Shown piece by piece: positions 13,286 through 25,357 of a DNA stretch of 64,000 nucleotides; the stretch's first letter is position 1; each line of letters opens with the position of its first letter. The DNA is taken from assembly GCA_951406725.2 (NCBI GenBank), contig OX597831.1:24118001-24182000 (forward strand), read 5' to 3'. Below the pieces are notes generated by a model. The model saw only the letters and a list, made by a program, of their open reading frames with translations, ran no database searches and was not told the origin of the DNA. The stretch is from Octopus vulgaris (Eukaryota). The position numbers and the translations under genes were made by a program.

Positions 13286-13419
13286 ATGTAACAAGCTCAA
13301 CAAAAACAACAACAACAACAAAATGCCTGAGCCTAGAATAATTTTTCGTGGCTCAGTTTTCATATATTAAAAGAGTACGGTAATTTATTCAAGATGGCTG
13401 CTCTTGTATGACATTCTCT

Positions 13420-13670
13420 TTCTCTTTTCTCTTTTACTTGTTTCAGTCAGTTGACTGCGGCCATGCTGGAGCACCGCCTTTAATTGAGCAACTCGACCCC
13501 GGGACTTATTCTTTGTAAGCCCAGTACTTATTTTATCGATCTCTTTTTTGCCGAACCGCTAAGTGACGGGGACATAAACACACCAGCATCGGTTGTCTAG
13601 CGATGCTAGGGGGACAAACACAGACACACAAACACACACATATATATATACATATATACGACAGGCTTCT
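13420..13670 (-). mobile_element. SINE family B, 3' half, inverted relative to 12873-13285
   Basis: Reverse complement of the B tail and body. Confidence 0.85.
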
Positions 13671-13914
13671 ATACTCTTGTGACACAACATTTGTAATAGT
13701 GAATAGTTCAAATAAATATGACATTTTCTGCATAAGATTTCTTATCCATGTGAGTTTCAAAGTGTGTGTTTCAATGAAGAAATGGAAAAAAGTATTCAAT
13801 GCAGGCAGTAAAGTATATTTATTTATTTATTTATTTATTTCAAGCTGATTCACTAAGAGCTTGAATAATTTCTTTTTTTTTTTGTTCCTTTATTTGTTTG
13901 CTTGATATAAATTA

Positions 13915-14477
13915 TAGGGTTGTCCGGAAAGTTCATGCCAACTTATAGCAGCTTACATTTCGACTTATTTTAGAACATGGTTGAGTCCATAAAAATAGGA
14001 TGTGACTACACCTCCATTTAGAGCACAGTTTAAGCTATCTTTTCGTGGAAGAATGTTTATGGTCCCATAACCTGTGTTAATTCTGTAACCCTTTAAAATG
14101 GGAGATAAGAAAGTTCATTTTCGGCACTTGTGCTTTGGGAACCAGACAAAAATTGCTGCAGCTCGGCTGGGATGTGTCACCCCACCCTCCACATTCACCA
14201 GATATTGCTCCTTCAGATTTCCACTTATTCAGGTCTCTGCAGAATAGTCTCAATGGTACAAATTTCAATTCCTTGGATGACGTAAAAAGATACCTTGATG
14301 AATTCTTTGCCATGAAGCAACCTCAATTCTGGGAAGAGGGTATTTTCAAGTTAAAGGGAAGATGGAGATGCACTGTGTAACAAAATGGTTCATATTTACA
14401 CAAAAGTGTAATGGCAAGTATTTATTGACCTTTTTTCTTTCCTTTAGAAATCGGTACAAACTTTCCGGACAACACAA
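13915..14477 (+). mobile_element. Internally deleted mariner DNA transposon
   Basis: TIRs TAGGGTTGTCCGGAAAGTT / AACTTTCCGGACAACACAA with flanking TA. A short N-terminus MGDKKVHFRHL (14098) is followed by the C-terminus LGWDVSPHPPHSPDIAPSDFHLFRSLQN...GIFKLKGRW, containing the mariner YSPDLAPSD-type motif. Confidence 0.92.
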
Positions 14478-14544
14478 TATTTAGCTGTAACTTCCTCACA
14501 TTCTACTTAATTGCACAAACTAAATATACTCTATCCTTTATCAT

Positions 14545-14960
14545 TTATCTTTTACTCATTTCAGTCCAATGACTACAGCCATACTGGAGCATGGCCTTGG
14601 GCAATTTTCAGTTGAATGAATCAACCCCAGTACTTAACTTTTTTAAAGCTTGGTACCTAACCTATCAATCTCTTTCGCCGAACCGCTAAGTTACCGGGGA
14701 GTAAGCACCCAACATAGATTGCCAAGCAGTGGTGGGGGGCAAACACATACGCAAAGAAACATATACACACATAGATATACATACTTATACATATACAACA
14801 GGCGTCTTTTAGTTTCTGTCTACCAAACCCACTCACAAAGCTTTGATCAACTTGAGAAGAAGATCGGCTATAGAAGAAGACAATGTGCCATGCACTGGAA
14901 CTGAACCCAGAAACATGTGGTTGGGAAACAAGCCTCTTACCACACCGCCACACCAGTGCC
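14545..14960 (-). mobile_element. SINE family B (diverged)
   Basis: Matches the B body and head on the reverse strand. Confidence 0.8.
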
Positions 14961-14974
14961 TAGGTTCACAATAT

Positions 14975-15427
14975 TTATTTCTTTATTGCCCACAAACGGC
15001 TAAACATAGAGGGGACAAACAAGGAGAGACAAAGGGATGAAGTCGATTAGATCAACCCCAGTATGCATCTGGTACTTAGTTTATCAACCCCGAAAGGATA
15101 AAACGCAAAGTCGACCTTGGCAGAATTTGACCTCAGAACGTAGCGACAGACGAAATACCGCTAGGCATTTCGCCCAGCATGCTAACGTTTCTTATTTCTT
15201 TATTGCCCATAAGGGGGCTAAACATAGAGGAGACAAACCAGGACAGACAAAGGAATTAAGTCGATTATATCGACCCCAGTGTGTAACTTGTACTTAATTT
15301 ATAGACCCCGAAAGTATGAAAAGCAAAGTTGACCTCGGCAGAATTTGAACTCAGAACGTAAAGACAAATGAAATACTGGTAAGCATTTCACCTGGCATGC
15401 TAACGTGTTCTACCAGCTCGCTGCCTT
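14975..15427 (-). mobile_element. Two adjacent SINE A copies (dimer)
   Basis: TATTTCTTTATTGCCCA tail at about 14976 and 15193. Both bodies are present, with a full head only at 15427. Confidence 0.85.
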
Positions 15428-16361
15428 TTTCACAATATCTATACTGACACCATAGTTTAATCATAATCAGTCGGTATGTTAGACTTAGATTTGCAAGCCC
15501 AAATCCTATCTGGAATCATGAAGATATTGAGGAATAAGATACCTGACTATGGTTGATAGAATACAGCAAAATGTAGTGCAAATCTAAATATTAATATATA
15601 CACTAAATATAAAACCAATAGTCTAGCTAGGAAGTGACAATCATAAAAATAAGGAAAAGAGATTTTTCTTTCAATAAATCTAGGAAAAAAGCAGAAATAA
15701 AATTAGATTAACCACTAAGTAAAAAATATATCTCCAGGAATATGATTGCAAAAGATGATTGCTGATTTAAACCAAAAACAATTGAGCATAGCAGTATAAA
15801 GATTGTAAAGTAACAGATTAAAAATTAGGCTACTAGTTTGGATTAGTATAATCTTAATTACATGTGACATAATTTTTATAAAAAATGAATATAACGAAAA
15901 AAGACAGAAATATAATTAGAATTATGAGTGATAAAAAAAAGGAAAAAATTATACATATTCTAGAATAAAATACTCAATCATGACTATCGAATAACCCAAA
16001 TTGAAAGAGTAGAAGTAAATATTGTAAACTTGAACATTGAAAAGGTGGCTTCTAAGTTGGATCACTATAATATTAATGACAAACAAAAGAAATTAACCAA
16101 AGCAAACAAAAAAAAAATTTTTTTTCTAATGAAAATAGACAGAAAAATATTAGACTATGAAGAAAAAAAAAAGAAAGAAATTCTGACATTGAGTAATGAA
16201 GAAATGGATAGATAGTGACTGGAGTGTGACGCCTAGTTTCCTGCAATAATTGTACTACTTCAATTATATTTATAGGCATATGCATATGCATGGAAATGTA
16301 TGTGGTGTGTATGAGTTTATGTAAGTGTTCACACACATTTATCTACTAATCTGTCTGTCTG

Positions 16362-16900
<539 letters not shown>

Positions 16901-17236
16901 TATGTGTGTGTGTTTGTATACAAATGTATACTACAGTGTTGCTCATCATATGATAAATAATTTTTGCAAGTATACTTTTGTCAATATGTGTAATATCAAA
17001 AAATATGGCATACAAACACAATAATTATCATTTAACTTTTATCAAATTTCTTGGAGTTTGTACAGAATATTGAAATGAATGCTAATTTCTAAATAGAAAA
17101 AAAATTTTTAGCATATAATAAGATTAAATGAAACAAAATTCAAAAAGTAAAAAGTTTATTTTATATTATGGAATTCCACATATTTACTTCCTCTTTCTAT
17201 CACCCTTTGTACATATGTGTGTTTTCTATATGTTTT

Positions 17237-17549
17237 GTGGAGGCGCAATGGTCCAGTGGTTAGGGCAGCAGACTCGCAGTCGGAGGATCATGGTTTCGAT
17301 TCCCAGACCGGGCGTTGTGTGTGTTTATTGAGCAAAAGCACCTAAAAAGCTCCACGAGGCTCCGGCAGGGGGTGGTGGCGACCCCTGCTGCACTCTTTCA
17401 CCACAACTTTCTCTCACTCTCTCTTCCTGTTTCTTGAGTAATGCTGCGATGGACTGGCGTCCTGTCCAGCTGGGGGCAACATGTAAGCCACAGCAACCGG
17501 GAAACCGGGCCCATGAGCCTGGCTAGGCTTGAAAAGGGCGACGTCTTTA
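17237..17549 (+). mobile_element. SINE family C, tail type 2
   Basis: Same head and body as 5769, but the tail is GCGATGGACTGGCGTCCTGTCCAGCTGGGG...GGGCCCATGAGCC. 12-bp TSD TCTATATGTTTT. Confidence 0.88.
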
Positions 17550-17561
17550 TCTATATGTTTT

Positions 17562-17790
17562 AATCATTAGACTGTGGCCATGCTGGGGCACCACCTTGAA
17601 GGTTGTTTAGTTAAATGAATTGATCCCCGTACTTATTATTTTTTTAAAAACCTGGTACTTATTCTATTGGTCTCTTTTGGCTGAACCACTAAGTCATGAG
17701 GATGTAAACACGCCAACACTGATTGTCAAGGAGTGGTTGGGGGACAAATGCAAACACAAAGAAATACACACACACACACATACACACATA
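17562..17790 (-). mobile_element. SINE family B 3' half
   Basis: B tail and body up to the internal (CA)n, where it is interrupted. Confidence 0.75.
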
Positions 17791-17895
17791 TGTGGTCTGA
17801 TCAATAAGTATCCGGACTGTTGCCATAGTAGTGAAGCTAAATCACACAGAGTGAAACTGCTTGGCACAGAGTGACAATGACCTCTGTTATCGTGC
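17791..17895 (+). mobile_element. Probable Tc1/mariner left end
   Basis: TA-TGTGGTCTGATCAATAAGTATCCGGACT resembles mariner TIRs. No partner end was found. Confidence 0.45.
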
Positions 17896-17975
17896 AAAGA
17901 TACAATTTCTTACAAGAACGTTTAAATAAAGAAAATTTATTCATCAAAAAATACGGAACATGACTAAATATGCAC
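17893..17975 (+). mobile_element. Possible Penelope GIY-YIG C-terminal remnant
   Basis: Reads QERLNKENLFIKKYGT*LN, similar to the R...E..FI.K..P.LN ending of GIY-YIG domains. Confidence 0.4.
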
Positions 17976-18078
17976 TCATAACCAACCTTGATCTCTATAC
18001 ATATTTTAAGTTCTCGGTTACATACTCATCAGTGTACATATTTCCCCCTCTACTCTAGGTTTTGAAGTTTTGTGTGTG

Positions 18079-18127
<49 letters not shown>

Positions 18128-18412
18128 GTTCCAGCCCCAACACCAAAAGATGAACAATTATCTTCCCTGTCCATAATAATAAATTTTTCCCCTTAGATTT
18201 TTCGACTTGTTGAATCATTCCTTCATATACTCCACGCTCAACATGGATAAAAACAATTTTTCTTAAGAAAATACATATTTAAATAAATTTCAATGTCATG
18301 ATTAGTGAAAGTGAAACCGGTCAACAAACACAATATAAGATATATGAAAAATTATATTAAAACTATGTAAAGTGTCTTTAATATCTTATATGTATATATA
18401 TATATAGACGTC

Positions 18413-18677
18413 AAAGTAAAAAAAAAGAAAGAAAAGGCACACTCGGTATAAAAGAAATGACTTTTTTTTATATAAAAACAAAGATACATACATACAAATA
18501 AATGATTTGAGGTGGAATTAAAAAGTATAAAAATAATTATCGTGGGCTAACGATTTTTATACTTCTTAATTCCACCTCAAATTATTTATTTGTATATATA
18601 TATATCTTCGTTTTTATAAAGAAAAAAGCCATTACTTTTATATCTAGTGTGCATTTTTTTTGGTTTCTTTTTACTTT
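18413..18677. repeat. Foldback (long inverted repeat), ~120-bp arms, 18-nt spacer
   Basis: ATTTGAGGTGGAATTAAAAAGTATAAAAAT is mirrored by ATTTTTATACTTCTTAATTCCACCTCAAAT, and pairing continues outward. Flanked by (TA)n. Confidence 0.9.
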
Positions 18678-19156
18678 CCCCTATATATATATATGGTAAG
18701 AGAAGAAATGTAACAATTAGAAGTTGATCATTAGTATTGAATGATCATAGTTTAATTATGGTTAAGATAACATTTACAGCTAACTCTACAGGATTAAGCA
18801 GTTACATCTGAGAACTTAGAGATAATAACATTAATTATAGATTAGAATTGTGCATCCTAGCCAAAACATCTTCGTACAACCTTAAAAATAAATGCTGCAA
18901 TTTATGCATAAATGAGAAATTCTTCATTTTAATGGCCAAATCAGAATTGCTTAATAAACGAACCGAGAAAAACATAGCATGCTTATATAAAGATAAATTC
19001 TTGTTCTCTAAACACTGCTTACACCTACCTTACATTTCTGTTTATTAGCTTTGCCTAACTTCTCATTAGCTCCCTTTAACCCTCCTCCTTACCATACAGC
19101 ACGCCATAATATCATAGACCATAATTATATTCAATTTACTTCAACTAATTGAATTA

Positions 19157-19572
19157 CTCTTTTACTCTTTTACTTGTTTCAGTCGTTTGACTGCGGCCAT
19201 GCTGAAGCACTGCCTTTTAGTCGAGCAAACCGACCCCCAGGACTTATTCTTTGTATGCCTAGTACTTATTCTATCGGTCTCTTTTGCAAAACCGCAAAGT
19301 TACGGGGACATAAACACACCAGCATCGGCTGTCAAGTGATGTGGTGGAAGGGACAAACACAGACACACAAACACACATGCACATATATATATATACATAT
19401 ACATATAAACGACGGGCTTTTTTCAGTTTCCATCTACTAAATCCACTCACAAGGCTTTGGTCGGCCCGAGGCTGTAGTAGAAGACACATACCCAAGGTGC
19501 CATGCAGTGGGACTGAACCCAGAACCATGTAGTTGGTAAGCAAGCTACTTACCACACAGCCACTCCTGTGCC
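19157..19572 (-). mobile_element. SINE family B, full length
   Basis: Complete head, body, microsatellite and tail. Confidence 0.9.
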
Positions 19573-20194
19573 TTATTTATCTCAGATGCATGATGTACAC
19601 CCTGAGCTACAATTCTTGTTAATATGTTCAAATTAAGTTAGATCACTGACTAAAATACTAATTACTAGCACTGCCATTAACATATATACAATTAAATGAG
19701 CGATTTACCCTAATCTAGCCAAGTTGATTTGTTTTAATTATAATAATGAGTAGTAAACCCTGGCCACACATAACAACACTTTACTTATTTATTATAACAA
19801 CTTATGTAGCCCAGATTTATACAAAATATTGCACTTAAACTTTTAAGAGCATCCTAAACTTTAATTCACGCATTATTTGTAATCATAGTGACTTATCTAG
19901 TGGACTCAAATAGCATTATTTGGTACAATTAATGGTACTAGATATTACAAGTGGGTATAACTCTTTCGAGTAACACCACTGGTCAACTGGTCATTTTCAC
20001 TACTCTCTGCTCCATTCGTCTACTTGAAGCAACAGTACACACGCACATGACATCTTTTAAGGACACAAAAATGTAAGCCTAAAGGTCTAAGGAACCTTGT
20101 CCTTTTCCTTTTTTCCTATTTCTCTTCCTTTCCTTTTTCCTCCTGTCAACCTTTGATCTCCTGTCAATCAATATTCCTCTGGTAAACTTCAAAT

Positions 20195-20275
20195 CATTCT
20201 GATTATGTTTGTTACATGGAACAAGATAAAATGCAAGTTTACCTCAAAAATAACGAACAGAAACAGCTGTCAATG
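20195..20275 (+). ncRNA. Type I hammerhead ribozyme motif (G8U core variant)
   Basis: Stem I CATT/AATG, core CTGATTA, stem II TGTTTGTTA/TAACGAACA, GAAAC, palindromic stem III ACAGCTGT, and a GTC cleavage triplet. Confidence 0.75.
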
Positions 20276-20567
20276 TTATCTTGACCATAATTAAACTATG
20301 ATCATTGAATACTAATGATTATCTTCTAATTGCTACATGTTGCTCTATTTCTTCTCTTACCTTATATGAATGCATTAAGCCACGATTATCTTCATATATA
20401 TATATACAAAAAATTCAGGGTGAATACTTGATAACTGTAAGCACCTGTATATGCCAGCTAGTGGTGTAGGTGATAGGATATATTTATCAATGTAACTCGT
20501 TTTTTTCCCCAAAATTCCTCTCAAACCTGCTATAATGTAATGTATGTCTTTGGTGTGGTAATTGTAC

Positions 20568-20654
20568 GCCACTGAAGAAGGCTGTTGACCTACATGTTAT
20601 ATCAATTATGCATTGATATAAATTGCTCAATAAAGCCAGAAACATATGTACCAC
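20568..20654 (+). ncRNA. Hammerhead-like motif with long stem II and defective stem I
   Basis: CTGAAGA at 20572. Stem II GGCT/AGCC with inner hairpin TTATATCAAT/ATTGATATAA, then GAAAC-ATAT-GTA. The flanks GCCA/CCAC do not pair. Confidence 0.55.
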
Positions 20655-20684
20655 AAAATTCTTGGCATCCTGTTTTTTCTTTTG

Positions 20685-20724
<40 letters not shown>

Positions 20725-20728
<4 letters not shown>

Positions 20729-20885
20729 GATGGACTTCTCTCAGTTTCCATCTACCAAATCCACTCGCAAAGCTTTGGTCAACCCAAGGCTTTAGCAGAA
20801 GACACCTGCCCAAGGTGCCACACAATGGTACAGAACCCAGAACCATGTGGTTGGGAAGCAAGCTTCTAACCACACAGCCACATTT
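20725..20885 (-). mobile_element. SINE family B head half
   Basis: Matches the B 5' region. Confidence 0.8.
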
Positions 20886-21224
20886 GTGTATATGTATATT
20901 TGTGTGTGTGTGTGCGCACGTGTGCATATGCACACATATAAACACATATACACCTACAAGCATAAACATATATATGCATCAATATACACGCACACATTAC
21001 ACCGTAAGTATCACAATTCCATCGTCAGTACCAAGAGATTGCTGATAAACATGAGAAATGTTCATATATTTCAAATCAAGACATTATGAATGAAACGCTG
21101 CTCACATAGAAAGAAGCACATGTGGGGGTGGAGATGGAGGGGATGGGAGAAAGTGGTGTGCAGGGTGGCGGAATATGAGGTGGGAAGAATATGAGGAGGA
21201 GAAGGTGGTGGAAGGAGAAGAAGA

Positions 21225-21602
21225 CAGAAGAAGAAGAAGAAGAAGAAGAAGAAGAAGAAGAAGAAGAAGAAGAAGAAGAAGAAGAAGAAGAAGAAGAAGA
21301 TGGAGTAGCTGAAGAAGAAGAAGAAGAAGAAGATGGAGTAGCTGAAGAAAAAGAAGAAGAAGAAGATGGAGTAGCTGAAGAAAAAGAAGAAGACGACGAA
21401 GAAGATGGAATAGCTGAAGAAGAAGAAGAAGAAGACAAAGAAGACGAAGAAGATGGAGTAGCAGAAGAAGAAGAAGAAAAAGACGAAAAAAGGAGGAAGA
21501 GGAAGAGGAGAAGAAGGAGAAGTAGTAGAAAGAGAAGGAGGAGAAGAAGAAGAAGAAGAAGAAGAAGAAGACGAAGAAGAAGAAGAAGAAGACGAAGAAG
21601 AA
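21225..21602. repeat. (GAA)n purine tract with ~30-bp higher-order unit GATGGAGTAGCTGAAGAA...
   Basis: Direct reading. Five GATGGA(G/A)TAGC motifs between GAA runs. Confidence 0.95.
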
Positions 21603-22713
21603 CGATGGCTATAGCAATAGCATCAACACCAACAAAAACAACAACAATGACATCAACTACAACAATAAATAAAAATAAAACGAAGACACCCTGGGGGGTG
21701 CCCCATAAAATGTCATTTAAAAGTTATATCACTCTTCCATCTAAGAGGAAACATTGTATATGTTTCTTTCTTTCTTTCGTTCACTCATTCATTCGTTCTT
21801 TCTTTCTTTTCTTCTTTCTCTCTTGTATGAAGTCAGCTTTAACAAAAGAAAACTTTTCCTAGCCATTGGGCCTGCTGCCAACATCCGCTTCATCCTGATG
21901 TGTATTAAGATGAAGATCCCCTATGGAAGACTATTTCACCACTATTTCGCTTGTCTTATCTGGTTTTAACTGGTTTTTATATCTAGTTTTATCAGGTTTC
22001 TTTGTTTTTGTTTTTGTTTTTATTATTATTTTTATTTTTATTTTTTGTTTTTGTTTTACTAAGAAATTGAAAAAGTAAACAAAATCATATTATAAATAAA
22101 TAAATAAATAAACAGCGAAAACCGAACAAACTTGGATGGTCTTCATTGTCAGGATGTAACTGTAAATTGAACACTTTGTCCTACCATTCTCTCTCCTGCC
22201 TGGTTCTCTGTTTTATGACACTCACTGATGGAAAAAGTTGTTTATTATAACTTTATACACACACATACACACACACACACACACACAGACACACACACTC
22301 ACACACACATACACACTTGCTGAAAGAGCAGAGAGGGTGGCGAGGGGATAAATAAAATAAGAGGGAAGCGAAATGAGAAATGTTAGAAAGTAATTTAGTG
22401 TTGTTGTGATGGTGGCATTGAGGCTGTTGTTGTTGTTGTTGGTGTTGTTGTTGTTGTTGGTGGTGGTAGTGGTGGTGGCGGTGCCGGTGGCAGTGGTGGT
22501 TGTGTGAGGAAGTAACAGGAGTGGGGATGGGGGATTCTTCTCACACTTGATGTGCAAGTCTCTGTTCACAATGGAAGTAGAGATACCGGAGAGATACTTA
22601 GTCATTTGTGGATTGTAAGAACAATAAACATAATATATATATATATCATCATCATATATATATACATATATATATTTATACATATACATACATATATATA
22701 CATATATATATAC

Positions 22714-22805
<92 letters not shown>

Positions 22806-23965
22806 ACATATACATATACATATATAAATATACATATACATATACATATTTTCATATATATATATACATACATACACACACACATATATATATATATATA
22901 AATATATATATTCATGCACACACAAACACAAACACACATGCACACACAATGAAAATCCTATGTACATAGCCCCCACGCACGCTCACACACACTCATACAT
23001 GCATTCATTCAAAATTATTGATGAATTCACAACTGTATACATATACAAATATACACACACTTATAAACACTAACACAAAAGCATGCACATTCAAAAATTT
23101 TATATTCTTACACATCCAGAAAATGATACACAAATACACACAAACATATACAGAAATGCATATAGATGCACAAAAACCTACACACACTCACACACTCAGA
23201 CACACACACAAACATATGCTCTGTCTTATTGTTTGTGCAATCGTACACAATGGAATACAATATCGTTTCCTTCATTACAACCAGGAAATACAGACTTTTG
23301 ACTTAAGAGAAATAACTTGAGGATAAGTCTACATCTTAGGTAATTTGAAAAGTAAAATATACTCGATTGATTTTTCCTAAGATCTACCAATCTGCCAATA
23401 TGCTAAAATGTCTTATAGACTTTTTAAAAATGCATCATTGCTCAAGGGGACATACCAAAGTTTGAGGTTTATTTGGTTGTTTCTCTAGTTTTGTTTTTCC
23501 TTTTCTCCTCTTTCCAATTCTTTCCAAGATGTCATGTGCCCAGTTTTGTTAAGTTGTATAGAGGAAATATTACAAGAAAAACTTTTTATCTTGTATTGTT
23601 TTTCCGTCTTTGTTTTAAGTATTAAACTTTGTATCATGTGGCAGTTCGTTTGTAGTGAGATTTTGTTTAAAGGTTAATCTATCATTAACGTCCCCTGTAT
23701 CATATTTCAATATCAAATTTCCTTCTGTCATCATTCACAGATATGGGAGTTTTCTTTCAAGCTTTGATCTGTCATAGTTTGCTAGATATATACGAATTTA
23801 CTTTCAAGTTTTGATATAGCATTCTTCACCAAACATGGAATTAATACAAGCTGGGCTAATGTTACAGGTGTTTCTGGTAAACAATGCATCTACCCAATAC
23901 AGAATTCCTCACAAAAGTAACTAAACCATTTAGCATTCAGATTACTCTGTCAAATGTAATGCTTA

Positions 23966-24484
23966 CCATAAATCCTTGAGTATAATCCGCATTTTTTCCC
24001 CAAAATTTAAAGGTCAAAATCCCTACTGCGTATTATACACGAGGTTAAAAAGGAAAATTATTTTCTAAGCAATGTTCAAGTCTCTATTTGCTGTCTGGCA
24101 ATGTTTATTCAGACACATTTTGTGATGTCGGGCGCGAAAATACCTTAAGCTAAGCCTGAAAGCAATGAAGTCATAAAAGAATCATCCATAACTTGCAGTA
24201 AGCAACATTTATTTAACGTTATTAGTTATTACTGTTATTTCTTTATTTTCTGCAAACAAAATGCACAAAAAAGCTACACGTTTGCATTATGTTGTATATA
24301 CAATAATAATAAAGGACGTTACCATATACAGTTTTACAAACCAAAGACGTTATATAGACCTCCTTGACTCAAGTTAGAGAAGGGGGGCGTATTATACACA
24401 AGGTTTAAGTTTTTCAGAGGTACAGCCCCCTAAAAATCCCCTGTGTATTATATTCAAGAGTGGACTATACTCAAGGATTTATGG
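23966..24484. mobile_element. pogo/Tc2-like MITE (TA target)
   Basis: Perfect 19-bp TIRs CCATAAATCCTTGAGTATA / TATACTCAAGGATTTATGG with TA on both sides. Internal GCGTATTATACAC repeats. Confidence 0.9.
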
Positions 24485-24769
24485 TAAACATTTTAGCTTT
24501 CAGATTACTCTGTCAAATGTAATGCTTATTTATTCATATTGTTTTGAATTAATAATGCATTATCTCATAGTTTGTAGAGGTGCATGGCTTAGTGGTTGAG
24601 GTGCTGGATTCATGATAGTAAGATTGTGGCTTCAATTCCTGGATCAGGCAATATGTTGTGCTCTTGAGCAAAACATTTCCTTTCATATTGCTTCAGTTTG
24701 CTCAGCTGGCAAAAATGAATAATCCCGCAACTGACCGGTGTCCTGTTCAGGTGGAGAATATATACACCA

Positions 24770-25357
24770 TGGCGAGCTGGCACTGATGTTAGCATGCTGG
24801 GCGAAATTCTTAGTGGTATTTCATCTGCCGTTATGTTCTCAGTTCAAATTTTGGCGAGGTCGACTTTGCCTTTCATCCTTTCGGGGTCGATAAATTAAGT
24901 ACCAGTTACGCACTGGGGTCGATGTAATCGACTTAATACCTATGTCTGTCCTTGTTTGTCCCCTCTGTGTTTAGCCCCTTGTGGGTAATAAAGAAATAGG
25001 TATTTCATCTGCCGTTATGTTCTGAGTTCAAATTCTGCCGAGGTCGACTTTGCCTTTCATCCTTTTGGGGTCGATAAATTAAGTACCAGTTATGCACTGG
25101 GGTTGATGTAATCGACTTAATGCCTATGTCTGTCCTTGTTTGACCCCTCTGTGTTTAGCCCCTTGTGGGTAATAAAGAAATAGGTATTTCATCTGCCGTT
25201 ATGTTCTGAGTTCAAATTCTGCCGAGGTCGAACTTTGCCTTTCATCCTTTTGGGGTTGATAAATTAAGTACCAGTTATGCACTGGGGTTGATGTAATCGA
25301 CTTTAATCCCTTTGTCTGTCCTTGTTTGTCCCCACTATGTTTAGCCCCTTGAAATAA
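24770..25357 (+). mobile_element. SINE family A trimer (one head + three ~183-bp units) inside an older C-type SINE (about 24577-25430)
   Basis: GGTATTTCATCTGCCGTTATG recurs at about 24814, 24999 and 25183. TSD AGAATATATACA(C/T)CATGG. Confidence 0.9.

Larger units (their letters stand above)
18695..20361 (+). mobile_element. 5'-truncated Penelope-like retroelement with inverted terminal copy
   Basis: ~90-bp inverted repeats at 18695-18781 and 20265-20361. Region 18782-19020 encodes NSTGLSSYI*ELRDNNINY...ILAKTSSYNLKNKCCNLCINEKFFIL...LLNKRTE...C, resembling a Penelope GIY-YIG C-terminus. Hammerhead motif at the 3' end. SINE B inserted at 19157-19572. Confidence 0.85.

Noticed and set aside
15540-16210. 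A-rich stretch resembling decayed coding sequence (similarly 23340-23915 on minus)
   Set aside because: Many stops and no recognisable motif. Cannot be assigned without a search.
21191-21862. 223-aa Glu/Arg-rich ORF
   Set aside because: It is a (GAA)n microsatellite. The switch from poly-E to poly-R reflects repeat phase, not protein structure.
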